64,000 bases of DNA, taken from contig JAFGLU010000067.1 of the NCBI GenBank assembly GCA_016927865.1, positions 1,900 through 65,899 on the forward strand. Reading direction: 5' to 3'. A program made the translations under genes and the position numbers. How positions within the stretch are numbered: the stretch's first letter is position 1; every line of letters starts with the position of its first letter. The notes beneath the pieces are model-generated. The model saw nothing but the letters and a program-made list of their open reading frames with translations, ran no database searches and was not told the origin of the DNA. The DNA comes from Anaerolineaceae bacterium (GTDB taxonomy: Bacteria > Chloroflexota > Anaerolineae > Anaerolineales > Anaerolineaceae). Shown in pieces: positions 38,076-47,087 of the stretch.

Positions 38076-38516
38076 ATGTCTTGCACCTGCTGTGAAAAAA
38101 CCGCCTTCGCCTCCGAAAACGCCCCCAAAGCCATCGGACCCTATTCGCCCGCCATCAAAGCCAACGGGTTCCTCTTCATCTCCGGGCAGCTGGGGCTGGA
38201 CCCCGCCACGGGCAACCTGGTGGAAGGCGGCGTGGAAGCCGAAACTCGCCGGGCCCTGACCAACCTCAAAAATCTACTGGAGGCTGCCGGCGCCGAACTC
38301 AGCCAGGTCACCAAGACCACCGTCTTCCTGCGCGACATCGCCGACTTTGCCCGCATGAATGCCATCTATGCTGAATTCTTCACCGAAACCCCGCCCGCTC
38401 GCTCTGCCTTCCAGGTGGCTGCCCTCCCCAAAGGCGCCGCCGTCGAAATCGAAGCCATCGCCGCCGTATGCGTGTGTAAAGATGGCTATGACTGCGAGTG
38501 TAGCTGCGAGGGATAG
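38076..38516 (+). CDS. ridA: RidA family enamine/imine deaminase with Cys-rich termini
   Basis: APKAIGPYS, FISGQL, KTTVFL, PARS and LPKGAAVEIEAIA motifs; MSCTCC N-terminus and CVCKDGYDCECSCEG C-terminus. Confidence 0.92.
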   Translation: MSCTCCEKTAFASENAPKAIGPYSPAIKANGFLFISGQLGLDPATGNLVEGGVEAETRRALTNLKNLLEAAGAELSQVTKTTVFLRDIADFARMNAIYAEFFTETPPARSAFQVAALPKGAAVEIEAIAAVCVCKDGYDCECSCEG

Positions 38517-38524
38517 ATTCCCTC

Positions 38525-39520
38525 ATGCCACTCGTTTCTGTTATCATCCCCTGCTATAACGAACAGGCCACCATTCGCCTCCTCCTCGAGGCGCTCTATC
38601 ACCAATCCTATCCACGCGAAAAGCTGGAAGTGCTCCTCTCTGACGGCATGTCCACCGACAACACCCGCGCCGAGGTGGCCCGTTTTCAAGGCGATTTTCC
38701 CGATTTGTCTGTCCGCGTGGTCGACAACGCTCAACGCTCCATCCCCTCCGGTCTCAACCGCGCCATCGAAGCCGCCCAGGGCGTCTACATCGTTCGCCTG
38801 GATGCCCACTCCGTGCCCGCCCAGGACTATATCGAGCGCAGCGTCGCCGCCCTGCAAGCCGGAGAAGGTGACAACGTCGGTGGTGTCTGGGAAATCCGCC
38901 CCGGCGGCCCTGGCTGGGTCGCCCGCTCCATCGCTGCCGCCGCCGCTCACCCTTTGGGCGTCGGCGATGCCCTCTATCGCTACACCTCCCAGGCTGCCTA
39001 CGTCGACACGGTTCCTTTTGGATCCTTTTCGCGCCAGTTGCTCACCGAACTGGGCGGCTACGACGAGTCCCTGTTAAGCAACGAAGACTACGAACTCAAT
39101 GCCCGCTTGCGCGCTCGCGGCGGGCGCGTGCGCCTCGACCCGCGCATCCGCTCCGGGTACTTTGCCCGCAGCAGCCTGAGCAAGCTGGCCCGCCAGTACT
39201 TCCGCTACGGCTACTGGAAACTGCAAATGCTGCGCCGCTACCCGCGCACGCTGCGCTGGCGCCAGGCCTTGCCTCCCGTGTTCGTCCTGGGCCTGCTAGG
39301 TCTGCTATTGCTGGCCCCTTTCTGGAACCTGGCGCGGATCTTGCTCGTCTGTGGAATTGGGGTATACTTCCTTGTTCTGTTTGCCGGCTCTCTGCCCGCC
39401 GCCATCCAGAAGCGCGACCCGCCCCTGGCGCTGGGAATGCCCCTGGCAATCGCGGTCATGCATCTGAGTTGGGGAAGTGGTTTTATTGTGAGCTTATTGC
39501 GAGGAAAACGAGTTAAATGA
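38525..39520 (+). CDS. GT2 glycosyltransferase (ExoA-like)
   Basis: VIIPCYNE, DGMSTD, RLDAHS, GGYDE, NEDYE and QYFRYG motifs; C-terminal TMs. Confidence 0.92.
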   Translation: MPLVSVIIPCYNEQATIRLLLEALYHQSYPREKLEVLLSDGMSTDNTRAEVARFQGDFPDLSVRVVDNAQRSIPSGLNRAIEAAQGVYIVRLDAHSVPAQDYIERSVAALQAGEGDNVGGVWEIRPGGPGWVARSIAAAAAHPLGVGDALYRYTSQAAYVDTVPFGSFSRQLLTELGGYDESLLSNEDYELNARLRARGGRVRLDPRIRSGYFARSSLSKLARQYFRYGYWKLQMLRRYPRTLRWRQALPPVFVLGLLGLLLLAPFWNLARILLVCGIGVYFLVLFAGSLPAAIQKRDPPLALGMPLAIAVMHLSWGSGFIVSLLRGKRVK

Positions 39521-40941
39521 GTTACAACGCGAGTCAAAGATCATTGGTACGTTGGCGGATGCGCCCCGGCGAGCGGCGTGCATTGATCTTTTTGGGCGAT
39601 GCCCTGGTAGCGGTGCTTGCGCTAGGAATCGCCCTGATCACCTGGGGACTGCGCGATTGGCTCAATTTCAGCCTCGACTTGCTCAGCGAACGCGTGCCCA
39701 CCTGGTTCTACTTGCTACCCATTTTGTGGCTGCTCATCAACATTGAGATGTACGACATCCGCCGGGCAGGCAATCGTGGTGACACCCTCAAGGGCATTGC
39801 CCTCTCGGCGGGTGTTGGCATCGTCCTGTACTTATTTGTCTTCTTTCTCTCAGAACCCAACGCCATGCCCCGCACAGGTGTCGCGGTTTATATCATCAGC
39901 GCCGCCGTGCTCATGCTCCTCTGGCGCTTACTCTATATTCAAATCTTCACCGCGCCTGAATTTCTCCGCCGCATCCTCATCGTTGGCGCGGGCCGCGCCG
40001 GGACCACCCTGGCTCGCATCGCCCGCGGAATGTGGCCCCAGCCTTTTCACATTGTCGGCCTGATTGACGATGACCCCGAAAAACTTGGCACACTCATTGA
40101 GGGCTACCCGGTCATCGGCGCCGGAGATGCCTTGCTAGAAATTATTGATCGCGAAAAAATCTCCGACGTAATCTTCGCCATTTCCAACGAAATGCGCCCC
40201 GAGATGTTCCAGGCGCTCTTGCAAGCCGAAGAGCAAGGCGCCGAAATCACCACCATGCCGCTGGTTTATGAGCAGTTATTGGGGCGCGTGCCCATTTTCC
40301 TGCTGCAATCCGACTGGATCTTGCGCTCTTTCGTCGACCAGGCCCACGCCCGCGGCCTCTTTGAATTAAGCAAGCGCCTGCTCGACATCTCTGGCGGGCT
40401 GGTCGGATCGCTGCTCACCCTGCTCCTCTCGCCCTTCATCGCCGTGGCAATTCTGGTCGACTCCGGCAAGCCGGTCCTGTTCTTCCAAAACCGCCTGGGC
40501 CAGAACGGCCGCGAATATAAGATCATCAAATTCCGTACCATGCACAACGACGCCGAGATCGACGGCAAGGCTCGCGTTACCGCCGAAAATGATGACCGCA
40601 TCACCCGCGTGGGCCGCTTCCTGCGCAAAAGCCACCTGGATGAACTGCCTCAGTTCTTCAACGTCTTGCGTGGCGAGATGAGCCTGGTAGGCCCGCGCGC
40701 CGAGCGCTCTGAGCTGGTCAACAACCTGCAAGCCAAAGTGCCCTTCTATCGCGCCCGCTTGTTGGTTAAGCCCGGCATCACCGGTTGGGCCCAAATCAAC
40801 TTTGGTTACGCCGCCACCGTGGAAGACACCGCTATTAAACTCGAATATGACCTTTATTACATCAAACACCGCAATCTCTTGCTCGATATAATCATCCTCC
40901 TGCGCACCATCGGGCAAGTCATCGGTTTGAGAGGGACGTAA
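39517..40941 (+). CDS. Polyprenyl-phosphate sugar phosphotransferase (WcaJ/WbaP-like priming GT)
   Basis: Four N-terminal TMs, GAGRAG, KRLLDI, KFRTM, LDELPQFFNVLRGEMSLVGPR and PGITGWAQ motifs. Confidence 0.94.
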   Translation: MSYNASQRSLVRWRMRPGERRALIFLGDALVAVLALGIALITWGLRDWLNFSLDLLSERVPTWFYLLPILWLLINIEMYDIRRAGNRGDTLKGIALSAGVGIVLYLFVFFLSEPNAMPRTGVAVYIISAAVLMLLWRLLYIQIFTAPEFLRRILIVGAGRAGTTLARIARGMWPQPFHIVGLIDDDPEKLGTLIEGYPVIGAGDALLEIIDREKISDVIFAISNEMRPEMFQALLQAEEQGAEITTMPLVYEQLLGRVPIFLLQSDWILRSFVDQAHARGLFELSKRLLDISGGLVGSLLTLLLSPFIAVAILVDSGKPVLFFQNRLGQNGREYKIIKFRTMHNDAEIDGKARVTAENDDRITRVGRFLRKSHLDELPQFFNVLRGEMSLVGPRAERSELVNNLQAKVPFYRARLLVKPGITGWAQINFGYAATVEDTAIKLEYDLYYIKHRNLLLDIIILLRTIGQVIGLRGT

Positions 40942-40949
40942 GCGCACTC

Positions 40950-42857
40950 ATGAGGACCAAACCCGTACCCAGCGTACGAAACCGATACATCCTGGCGGCG
41001 GATTTAATTTTAATCATTATTTCCGTGTTGGGCAGTTATGCCTTGCGCCTGGAATTAACAGATTCCTTCTTTATTTATTTGCCATCGGCCTATTGGATGA
41101 TCGGCGCGGCCCTGATCATCAAACCGGCGGCGTACTACTTCTTCGGGTTATACCGCCGCATGTGGATTTATGCCTCCACCCGCGAGCTTTCTCTCATCGT
41201 GATGGCGGTCGCCACTTCCTCTGTGCTACTCTCAGCGGTGATGATCTCGCTGGCGGCCATGCGCGCGTTCATCGGCTTCCCTCGCTCCGTCCTGGTCATG
41301 GATTTCTTCCTCACCGTGGCCCTGGTCGGCGGGACGCGTTTTGCTCTGCGCTTGTTAGCCGAAAACCGGGTCAATCAAGCCATTCAGAACGGGGTCGTCC
41401 CGCGCCAGATGCAGAAAGTGCTTATCGTCGGCGCCGGTGATGCCGGCGCGCTGGTGGTTCGCGAACTTCAAAAAAACCCACAGCTCTATCAAATGCCGGT
41501 CGGTTTTCTGGATGACAACCCCGCCAAACAGCACCAAACCATCTACGGTGTGCCGGTGGTAGGCACCCTCTCCGACCTCTCCCACATTTTGGACGTGACC
41601 CATGCCGACCAGGTGGTCATTGCCATCCCCTCTGCGCCTGGACGAGTTGTGCGCCTGGTGGCCGATGTCTCCCGCCTGAAGGGCGTCCCCTTCCGCACCA
41701 TGCCGGGCATTTACGAACTACTGGGCGGCAAAGTCAATGTCAGCCGTCTGCGCGAGGTAGAAATCTCCGACCTCCTGCGCCGCGAGCCCGCCCACATTCA
41801 TGAAGAATTGGTGGGCGGCACGTTGGGCGGCAAGGTGGTGCTGGTCACCGGCGCCGGCGGTTCCATTGGCCGCGAATTATGCCGCCAGATTGGCCGTTGG
41901 GGCCCCTCCGAGTTAATCCTCCTGGGACACGGCGAGAACAGCATCTTTGAGGCCTTGCTCGAGCTGCGTGAGAACTTCCCCTCGCTCATCCTCCGGCCGG
42001 TCATTGCCGATGTGCGCGACCGCTCCCGGCTAGAAGCCGTCTTCCACCGCCTTCGCCCTCAAATCGTCTTTCATGCCGCTGCCCACAAGCACGTCCCGCT
42101 CATGGAAGTAAACGCCGAAGAAGCCGTCACCAACAACATCCTTGGCACGTTGAATGTAGTCGAGGTCTGCCTGCAGGAAGACGTTGACCGGCTGGTGATG
42201 ATTTCTACCGACAAGGCCATCCGCCCGGTGAACATCATGGGGGCCACCAAACGCCTGGCCGAAATGCTCATCCTCGACGCTGCCCGCCGCTCAGGACGCG
42301 CCTATTCGGTGGTCCGTTTCGGCAACGTCCTGGGCAGCCGCGGCAGCGTTGTGCCCCTATTCAAACGCCAAATCGCCATAGGCGGCCCGGTCACCATCAC
42401 CCACCCCGATATGCAGCGCTACTTCATGACCATCCCTGAAGCGGTCCACCTGGTGCTGCAAGCCGCCTCAATGGGCCAGGGCGGCGAAACTTTCGTCCTC
42501 AACATGGGCGAACAGGTGCGCATCCTGGACCTGGCCGAAGACCTCATCCGCCTGTCTGGCCTGGAGCCCGGCAAGGACATCGAGATTGTCTTCACCGGCA
42601 TTCGACCTGGTGAAAAGATCAGTGAAGATTTGTGGGAAGAGGGCGACCCGCGCCTGGAAACTTCGCACCCCGATATCTTCCGCCTGGAAGGCCAATGCCA
42701 GGATATTGTCGGTCAGGATCTGCTTAATCTGGTGGAAGAACTGATCCGCCTGTCGCGCGAAGGCGATCCGGCGGCAGTGATTACCATGCTGGACGAAGTC
42801 GTGCCCTGCGCTTCCATCCGCAGCACGCCACCCCTCGAATTAACCGCGATTGACTGA
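40950..42857 (+). CDS. Nucleotide-sugar 4,6-dehydratase (CapD/PglF/WbpM family)
   Basis: TMs, VTGAGGSIG, HAAAHKHVP, ISTDKA, VRFGNVLGSRGSV and RYFMTIPEA motifs. Confidence 0.95.
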   Translation: MRTKPVPSVRNRYILAADLILIIISVLGSYALRLELTDSFFIYLPSAYWMIGAALIIKPAAYYFFGLYRRMWIYASTRELSLIVMAVATSSVLLSAVMISLAAMRAFIGFPRSVLVMDFFLTVALVGGTRFALRLLAENRVNQAIQNGVVPRQMQKVLIVGAGDAGALVVRELQKNPQLYQMPVGFLDDNPAKQHQTIYGVPVVGTLSDLSHILDVTHADQVVIAIPSAPGRVVRLVADVSRLKGVPFRTMPGIYELLGGKVNVSRLREVEISDLLRREPAHIHEELVGGTLGGKVVLVTGAGGSIGRELCRQIGRWGPSELILLGHGENSIFEALLELRENFPSLILRPVIADVRDRSRLEAVFHRLRPQIVFHAAAHKHVPLMEVNAEEAVTNNILGTLNVVEVCLQEDVDRLVMISTDKAIRPVNIMGATKRLAEMLILDAARRSGRAYSVVRFGNVLGSRGSVVPLFKRQIAIGGPVTITHPDMQRYFMTIPEAVHLVLQAASMGQGGETFVLNMGEQVRILDLAEDLIRLSGLEPGKDIEIVFTGIRPGEKISEDLWEEGDPRLETSHPDIFRLEGQCQDIVGQDLLNLVEELIRLSREGDPAAVITMLDEVVPCASIRSTPPLELTAID

Positions 42858-43840
42858 TGACACTGCTCTCCTCCAACGAATGGGATGCTTTTCTGAACAG
42901 CACTGCAAATGCGCACGTGCTGCAAACTGCCGCGTGGGGTGAGTTAAAATCTGCCTTTGGCTGGCAACCCCAGCGCATTCTATCTGGGCAAACCGGCGCG
43001 CAGATCCTCTTCCGCCATGTGGCCGGGTTCAGCGTGGCTTACCTGCCCAAAGGCCCGCTTGGCCCCGATTGGCCCAGCCTGTGGCCTGAGGTAGACCGCC
43101 TGTGCCGCCAAAAACGCGCCATCGTCCTAAAGGTGGAACCGGACTGCTGGGATTTTGAACCCCTGGATGCTCCCGCCCGCCTGCCCGGCTTTCGCGCCGA
43201 TGGCATCCCCGTGCAACCCCGCCGCACGTTGGTGGTATCGCTGCAAGGCCCCGAATCGGCCTGGCTGGAGCGCATGAAGCAAAAAACCCGTTACAACATC
43301 CGCCTGGCCGAGCGCAAAGAAATCACCGTGCGCCCCACCAGCGATGTGGATGGTTTTTACGCCCTTATGCAAACCACCGGCCTGCGCGATGGTTTCGGCG
43401 TGCACAGCCTGGATTACTACCGCCGCGCCTACGACTTGTTCCACCCGCGCGGGTTGGCCGAATTGTTGCTGGCCGAATTTGAAGGCCGCCCCCTGGCCGC
43501 GTTGATGGTCTTTGCCCTGGGCAAACGAGCCTGGTACTTTTACGGCGCCTCCAACGACCAGGAGCGCAACCGCATGCCCACCTATCTACTGCAATTTCAA
43601 GCCATGCGCTGGGCCGCCGCCCGGGGCTGCACCGAGTACGACTTGTGGGGCGTGCCGGACGAGGACGAGGACGTGCTGGAAGCCGGTTTTGAGCAGCGCT
43701 CTGATGACCTGTGGGGCGTGTACCGCTTCAAACGCGGGTTCGGTGGGGTACTGCGCCGCGCTGCCCCCACCTATGAAAAAGTCTACAATCCCCTCCTTTA
43801 TGCGCTGTACCGCCGCTGGGCGGCCCGGCGGGGAGAGTGA
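42857..43840 (+). CDS. FemABX/MurM family aminoacyl-tRNA-dependent transferase, copy 1
   Basis: LQTAAWG, YLPKGP, MKQKTRYNIRLA, YFYGAS, YDLWG and FKRGFGG motifs. Confidence 0.9.
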   Translation: MTLLSSNEWDAFLNSTANAHVLQTAAWGELKSAFGWQPQRILSGQTGAQILFRHVAGFSVAYLPKGPLGPDWPSLWPEVDRLCRQKRAIVLKVEPDCWDFEPLDAPARLPGFRADGIPVQPRRTLVVSLQGPESAWLERMKQKTRYNIRLAERKEITVRPTSDVDGFYALMQTTGLRDGFGVHSLDYYRRAYDLFHPRGLAELLLAEFEGRPLAALMVFALGKRAWYFYGASNDQERNRMPTYLLQFQAMRWAAARGCTEYDLWGVPDEDEDVLEAGFEQRSDDLWGVYRFKRGFGGVLRRAAPTYEKVYNPLLYALYRRWAARRGE

Positions 43841-44934
43841 CACCCGTGATCAACGCCGCCGAGTGGGATGCCGCCGTGGCCCGTTTGCCGGGTGCTAATA
43901 TCCTCCAGACCTGGAACTGGAGCCGCATCAAGGCCGATTACGGCTGGCAACCCCTGCCGCAGTTGTGGCCGGAACTACCCGCAGCCGCCATGCTGCTGCG
44001 CCGCAACATCCGCCTGGGCGGATTTTCGGCCAGGTTGAGCATCCTGTACGCGCCCCGCGGCCCGCTCCTGGATTGGTCCGACCCCGCTCGCCGGGCCACC
44101 GTGCTCGATCAGCTTCAAGCCCTGGCCCGCCGCACCGGCGCTATCTTCGTCAAGATCGACCCCGAAGTACCCCTGGGCACCGGCATCCCCGGCAGCCCGG
44201 ATGCTGTCGAAGATTCAACCGGCGCTGCGCTCGTCCAGGAGTTGACCCAACGCGGCTGGCGCTACTCGCAGGAGCAAATCCAGTTTCGCAACACCGCCGT
44301 GCTCGACTTGAGCGCGGACGAAGACGCCTGGCTGGCGCGCATGAAGCAAAAAACCCGCTACAACCTGCGCCTGGCACAACGCAAAGGGGTCACCATCCGC
44401 CGGGGCACTGCCGCCGACCTGGATATGCTCTACCGCATGTACGCCGAGACCTCGGTGCGCGACGGCTTTGTCATCCGCCCCCTTGAGTATTACCGCGCCG
44501 TGTGGGGTAGCTTCATGGAGCAGGGCCTGGCCCAGCCGCTCATCGCTGAAGTGGAAGGCCAGCCAATCGCCGGGCTGGTTCTGTTTGTCTTTGCCGGGCG
44601 AGCCTGGTACATGTACGGCATGTCGCGCGAAGCCCACCGTGACAAGATGCCCAACTACCTCCTGCAGTGGGAAGCCATGCGCGCGGCCCGCGCCGCCGGA
44701 GCCCTTTCTTACGATCTGTGGGGCGCACCGGACGTGTTCGACGAGAGCGATTCCATGTGGGGCGTGTTCCGCTTCAAAGACGGCTTGGGCGCACAGGTGG
44801 TACGAACCCTGGGCGCCTGGGACTATCCTGCCCGTCCAACGTTGTATAATTTATACACACAAATTCTGCCGCGCCTGCTAGATGTCATGCGCAGCCGTGG
44901 AAAAGAACGCACCCGCCGAGAGGTATCCGCATGA
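43837..44934 (+). CDS. FemABX/MurM family aminoacyl-tRNA-dependent transferase, copy 2
   Basis: LQTWNW, YAPRGP, MKQKTRYNLRLA, YMYGMS, YDLWG and FKDGLG motifs. Confidence 0.9.
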   Translation: MTPVINAAEWDAAVARLPGANILQTWNWSRIKADYGWQPLPQLWPELPAAAMLLRRNIRLGGFSARLSILYAPRGPLLDWSDPARRATVLDQLQALARRTGAIFVKIDPEVPLGTGIPGSPDAVEDSTGAALVQELTQRGWRYSQEQIQFRNTAVLDLSADEDAWLARMKQKTRYNLRLAQRKGVTIRRGTAADLDMLYRMYAETSVRDGFVIRPLEYYRAVWGSFMEQGLAQPLIAEVEGQPIAGLVLFVFAGRAWYMYGMSREAHRDKMPNYLLQWEAMRAARAAGALSYDLWGAPDVFDESDSMWGVFRFKDGLGAQVVRTLGAWDYPARPTLYNLYTQILPRLLDVMRSRGKERTRREVSA

Positions 44935-45902
44935 AACTTCCTCACCTGTCCCTGGCCTGCCTGCCCACGCCCATCCAACCCCTGCCGCGCCTCTCGGCGC
45001 GCCTGGGCGGGCCGCGCTTGCTCGTCAAGCGCGACGATCTGACCGGCGTGGCCTTTGGCGGCAACAAGACCCGCAAACTGGAATACCTCCTGGCCGAAGC
45101 GCAAGCCAACGGCGCGCGCACCCTCATCACCGTCGGCGCGGCGCAATCCAACCACTGCCGCCAAACGGCCGCCGTGGCCGCCCAACTGGGCATGGGCTGC
45201 ATCCTGGTACTCAACGGTGACTCCGGGCAAATCCCCTCCGGCAATCTACTCCTCGATCATTTCTTCGGCGCGCAAATCGTCTGGACCACCCGCGAAGCCC
45301 GCCAGGAGACGATCAAAGCCACCTTTGACGCCGCCTGGGAAGCCGGGCGGCGCCCTTACCTGATCCCACTGGGGGCCTCCAACCCACTCGGCTCTGCCGC
45401 CTACGCAGCCGCCTTTGACGAAGCCGCCCACCAACTCAAAAACGTGACCGTCGATTGGATCGTGGCAGCCTCCTCCTCCGGCGGCACCCAGGCCGGGCTG
45501 GCCTTGGGTGCGCGCCGCGCCCTATGGAAAGGGCGCATTCTGGGAATCAGCATTGATGAGCCTGAACACGACCTGAAAGAAGTGGTTGCTTTTTTGGCCA
45601 GCGAGGCAGGTGACCGCCTCGGTTATGATAAACGCTTGCAACCCGAGGACATCCTGGTGAATTCGGACTATCTCGGCCAGGGATACGGAATCATGGGCGA
45701 GCCGGAAGAAGAAGCCATTCGCTTGTTCGCCGAAACCGAAGGGCTGCTGCTCGACCCGGTCTACACCGGGCGCGCCGCCGCCGGGATGATTGATCTCATT
45801 CGCTCCAACTTCTTCAAGCCCGGCGAAACCGTGCTCTTCTGGCATACCGGCGGCCAGCCTGCCCTCTTCGCCGAACCCTACGGGGCCGCGCTGCGCCCGT
45901 AA
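44931..45902 (+). CDS. dcyD: D-cysteine desulfhydrase family PLP enzyme
   Basis: KRDD, GGNKTRKLEY (PLP Lys), QSNH, SSGGTQAG, LDPVYTG and HTGG motifs. Confidence 0.88.
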   Translation: MKLPHLSLACLPTPIQPLPRLSARLGGPRLLVKRDDLTGVAFGGNKTRKLEYLLAEAQANGARTLITVGAAQSNHCRQTAAVAAQLGMGCILVLNGDSGQIPSGNLLLDHFFGAQIVWTTREARQETIKATFDAAWEAGRRPYLIPLGASNPLGSAAYAAAFDEAAHQLKNVTVDWIVAASSSGGTQAGLALGARRALWKGRILGISIDEPEHDLKEVVAFLASEAGDRLGYDKRLQPEDILVNSDYLGQGYGIMGEPEEEAIRLFAETEGLLLDPVYTGRAAAGMIDLIRSNFFKPGETVLFWHTGGQPALFAEPYGAALRP

Positions 45903-45911
45903 GCTCTTAAA

Positions 45912-45995
45912 GTAGTGCGAGTTTTGAAAACGCTATGCGTTTTCAAAACTCGCATTCGCTTTCTGCTTCTCTGCGCTCTCCGCGCCTCTGCGGTT
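45912..45995. repeat. GTAG-led 18-bp palindrome followed by a CTCTGCG short-repeat array
   Basis: gtag-tgcgagttttgaaaacgc-tat-gcgttttcaaaactcgca, then ctctgcgct ctccgcgc ctctgcggtt. Confidence 0.7.
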
Positions 45996-46037
45996 CTTCC
46001 CTTCCACAATCGCCACACTGTTTCGGAAAATTGCCTC

Positions 46038-46100
46038 TTGACTCTCATTCTAAAATTGTTATAATTTACTTTGTAATGCAAACCGTTTTATAAAACAAAT
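46038..46100 (+). promoter_or_regulatory. Promoter with candidate operator for the downstream wHTH regulator
   Basis: TTGACT-16-TATAAT with TG extension (46038/46060), followed by actTTGtaatgCAAAc and a second tttt...caaa imperfect palindrome. Confidence 0.65.
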
Positions 46101-46117
46101 CATTTTGCGAGGAAAAT

Positions 46118-46723
46118 ATGACAACCGAAAGCGACATCCGTTTCATCACCCGTTACTATGAAAGCCTGCGCGGCTTGCTCAACATGCCCCTGGCTTTGCT
46201 CCTCCTGGCGCTGGCTTCCCAGGAATTCTTCCCCGGCCCCCTTTGGAAGCAAGGCGACCTCACACTCACGCTTCCGCTCATGGCCCTGATGTTCCTGGCC
46301 TTCATCCCCATCACGCGCTATTACCGCAAATATTATGGCAGTGTGCAAGTAGAAAAACCCGGGCGCTACATGCAATGGGCTCTACTCGCAATCGCTTCCA
46401 TCATGCTTGCCGGCTGGATCGACAGCCAAATCCTGCCCAACTTTCCGGTCAGCTTATACGTTCTAACGGCGGCTGTCTGGATGTTCTTGGGAGGGCGGAA
46501 CCGGCGGCGCTGGTATTACCGTGTATTCGCGGTTGTTCTGGCCCTGTTCAGCTTCTACCCGGCCTTTTCCAGCCCACTCGGCATGAACCCACTCAGCAGC
46601 ACTTTCAAAGGTGTTTTCGATCTCATCCTCGGCCTGGGCATCGGCATCGTGGGCATGATGGACCATGTCTTGCTCACCCGCATGCTCCGTCCTGTACAGG
46701 AGGTCTCAAATGACCAGCCTTAG
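46118..46723 (+). CDS. Hypothetical integral membrane protein (about 6 TM)
   Basis: GAGG RBS, hydrophobic helices, overlaps the regulator start. Confidence 0.8.
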   Translation: MTTESDIRFITRYYESLRGLLNMPLALLLLALASQEFFPGPLWKQGDLTLTLPLMALMFLAFIPITRYYRKYYGSVQVEKPGRYMQWALLAIASIMLAGWIDSQILPNFPVSLYVLTAAVWMFLGGRNRRRWYYRVFAVVLALFSFYPAFSSPLGMNPLSSTFKGVFDLILGLGIGIVGMMDHVLLTRMLRPVQEVSNDQP

Positions 46724-47024
46724 TGACGATTTAGCCGGAATCGACCGACTCATCCACGAACCCGCCCGCCTGACGATCCTCACCGCGCTGTCCTCCTGCC
46801 TCAAGGCCGATTTCCTCTTTCTTCAATCGCTCACCGGTTTGACCGCGGGCAACCTTTCCACCCACTTAACCCGCCTGGAAGAAGCCGGATTGATCAGCAT
46901 CGAAAAAACCATCGTCGGCAAGCGCACCAACACCGAGGCGCGTATCACCCCCGTGGGAAAAGAAGCTGTGAAGCGCCACTGGGAGCAGCTGGACGAACTG
47001 CGCCGGCGGGCATCTTCTGTATAA
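46710..47024 (+). CDS. Winged-helix transcriptional regulator (ArsR/MarR-like, HTH_34)
   Basis: DRLIHEPARLTIL...ADFLFL...LTAGNLSTHLTRLEEAGLI. Confidence 0.9.
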   Translation: MTSLSDDLAGIDRLIHEPARLTILTALSSCLKADFLFLQSLTGLTAGNLSTHLTRLEEAGLISIEKTIVGKRTNTEARITPVGKEAVKRHWEQLDELRRRASSV

Positions 47025-47031
47025 GTTCCCT

Positions 47032-47078
47032 ATTTAAACAACACAGGAGAAGCGAAGCTCCTCCCGTGTTGTTTAAAT
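47032..47078. terminator. Bidirectional terminator
   Basis: atttaaacaacac(a)ggaga...ctcccgtgttgtttaaat between convergent genes. Confidence 0.75.
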
Positions 47079-47087
47079 CAAGTCTTT

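Noticed and set aside
44931-45902. ACC deaminase call
   Set aside because: It has PVYTG and HTGG, not the Glu (PVYEG) and Leu (HLGG) diagnostic of true ACC deaminases.
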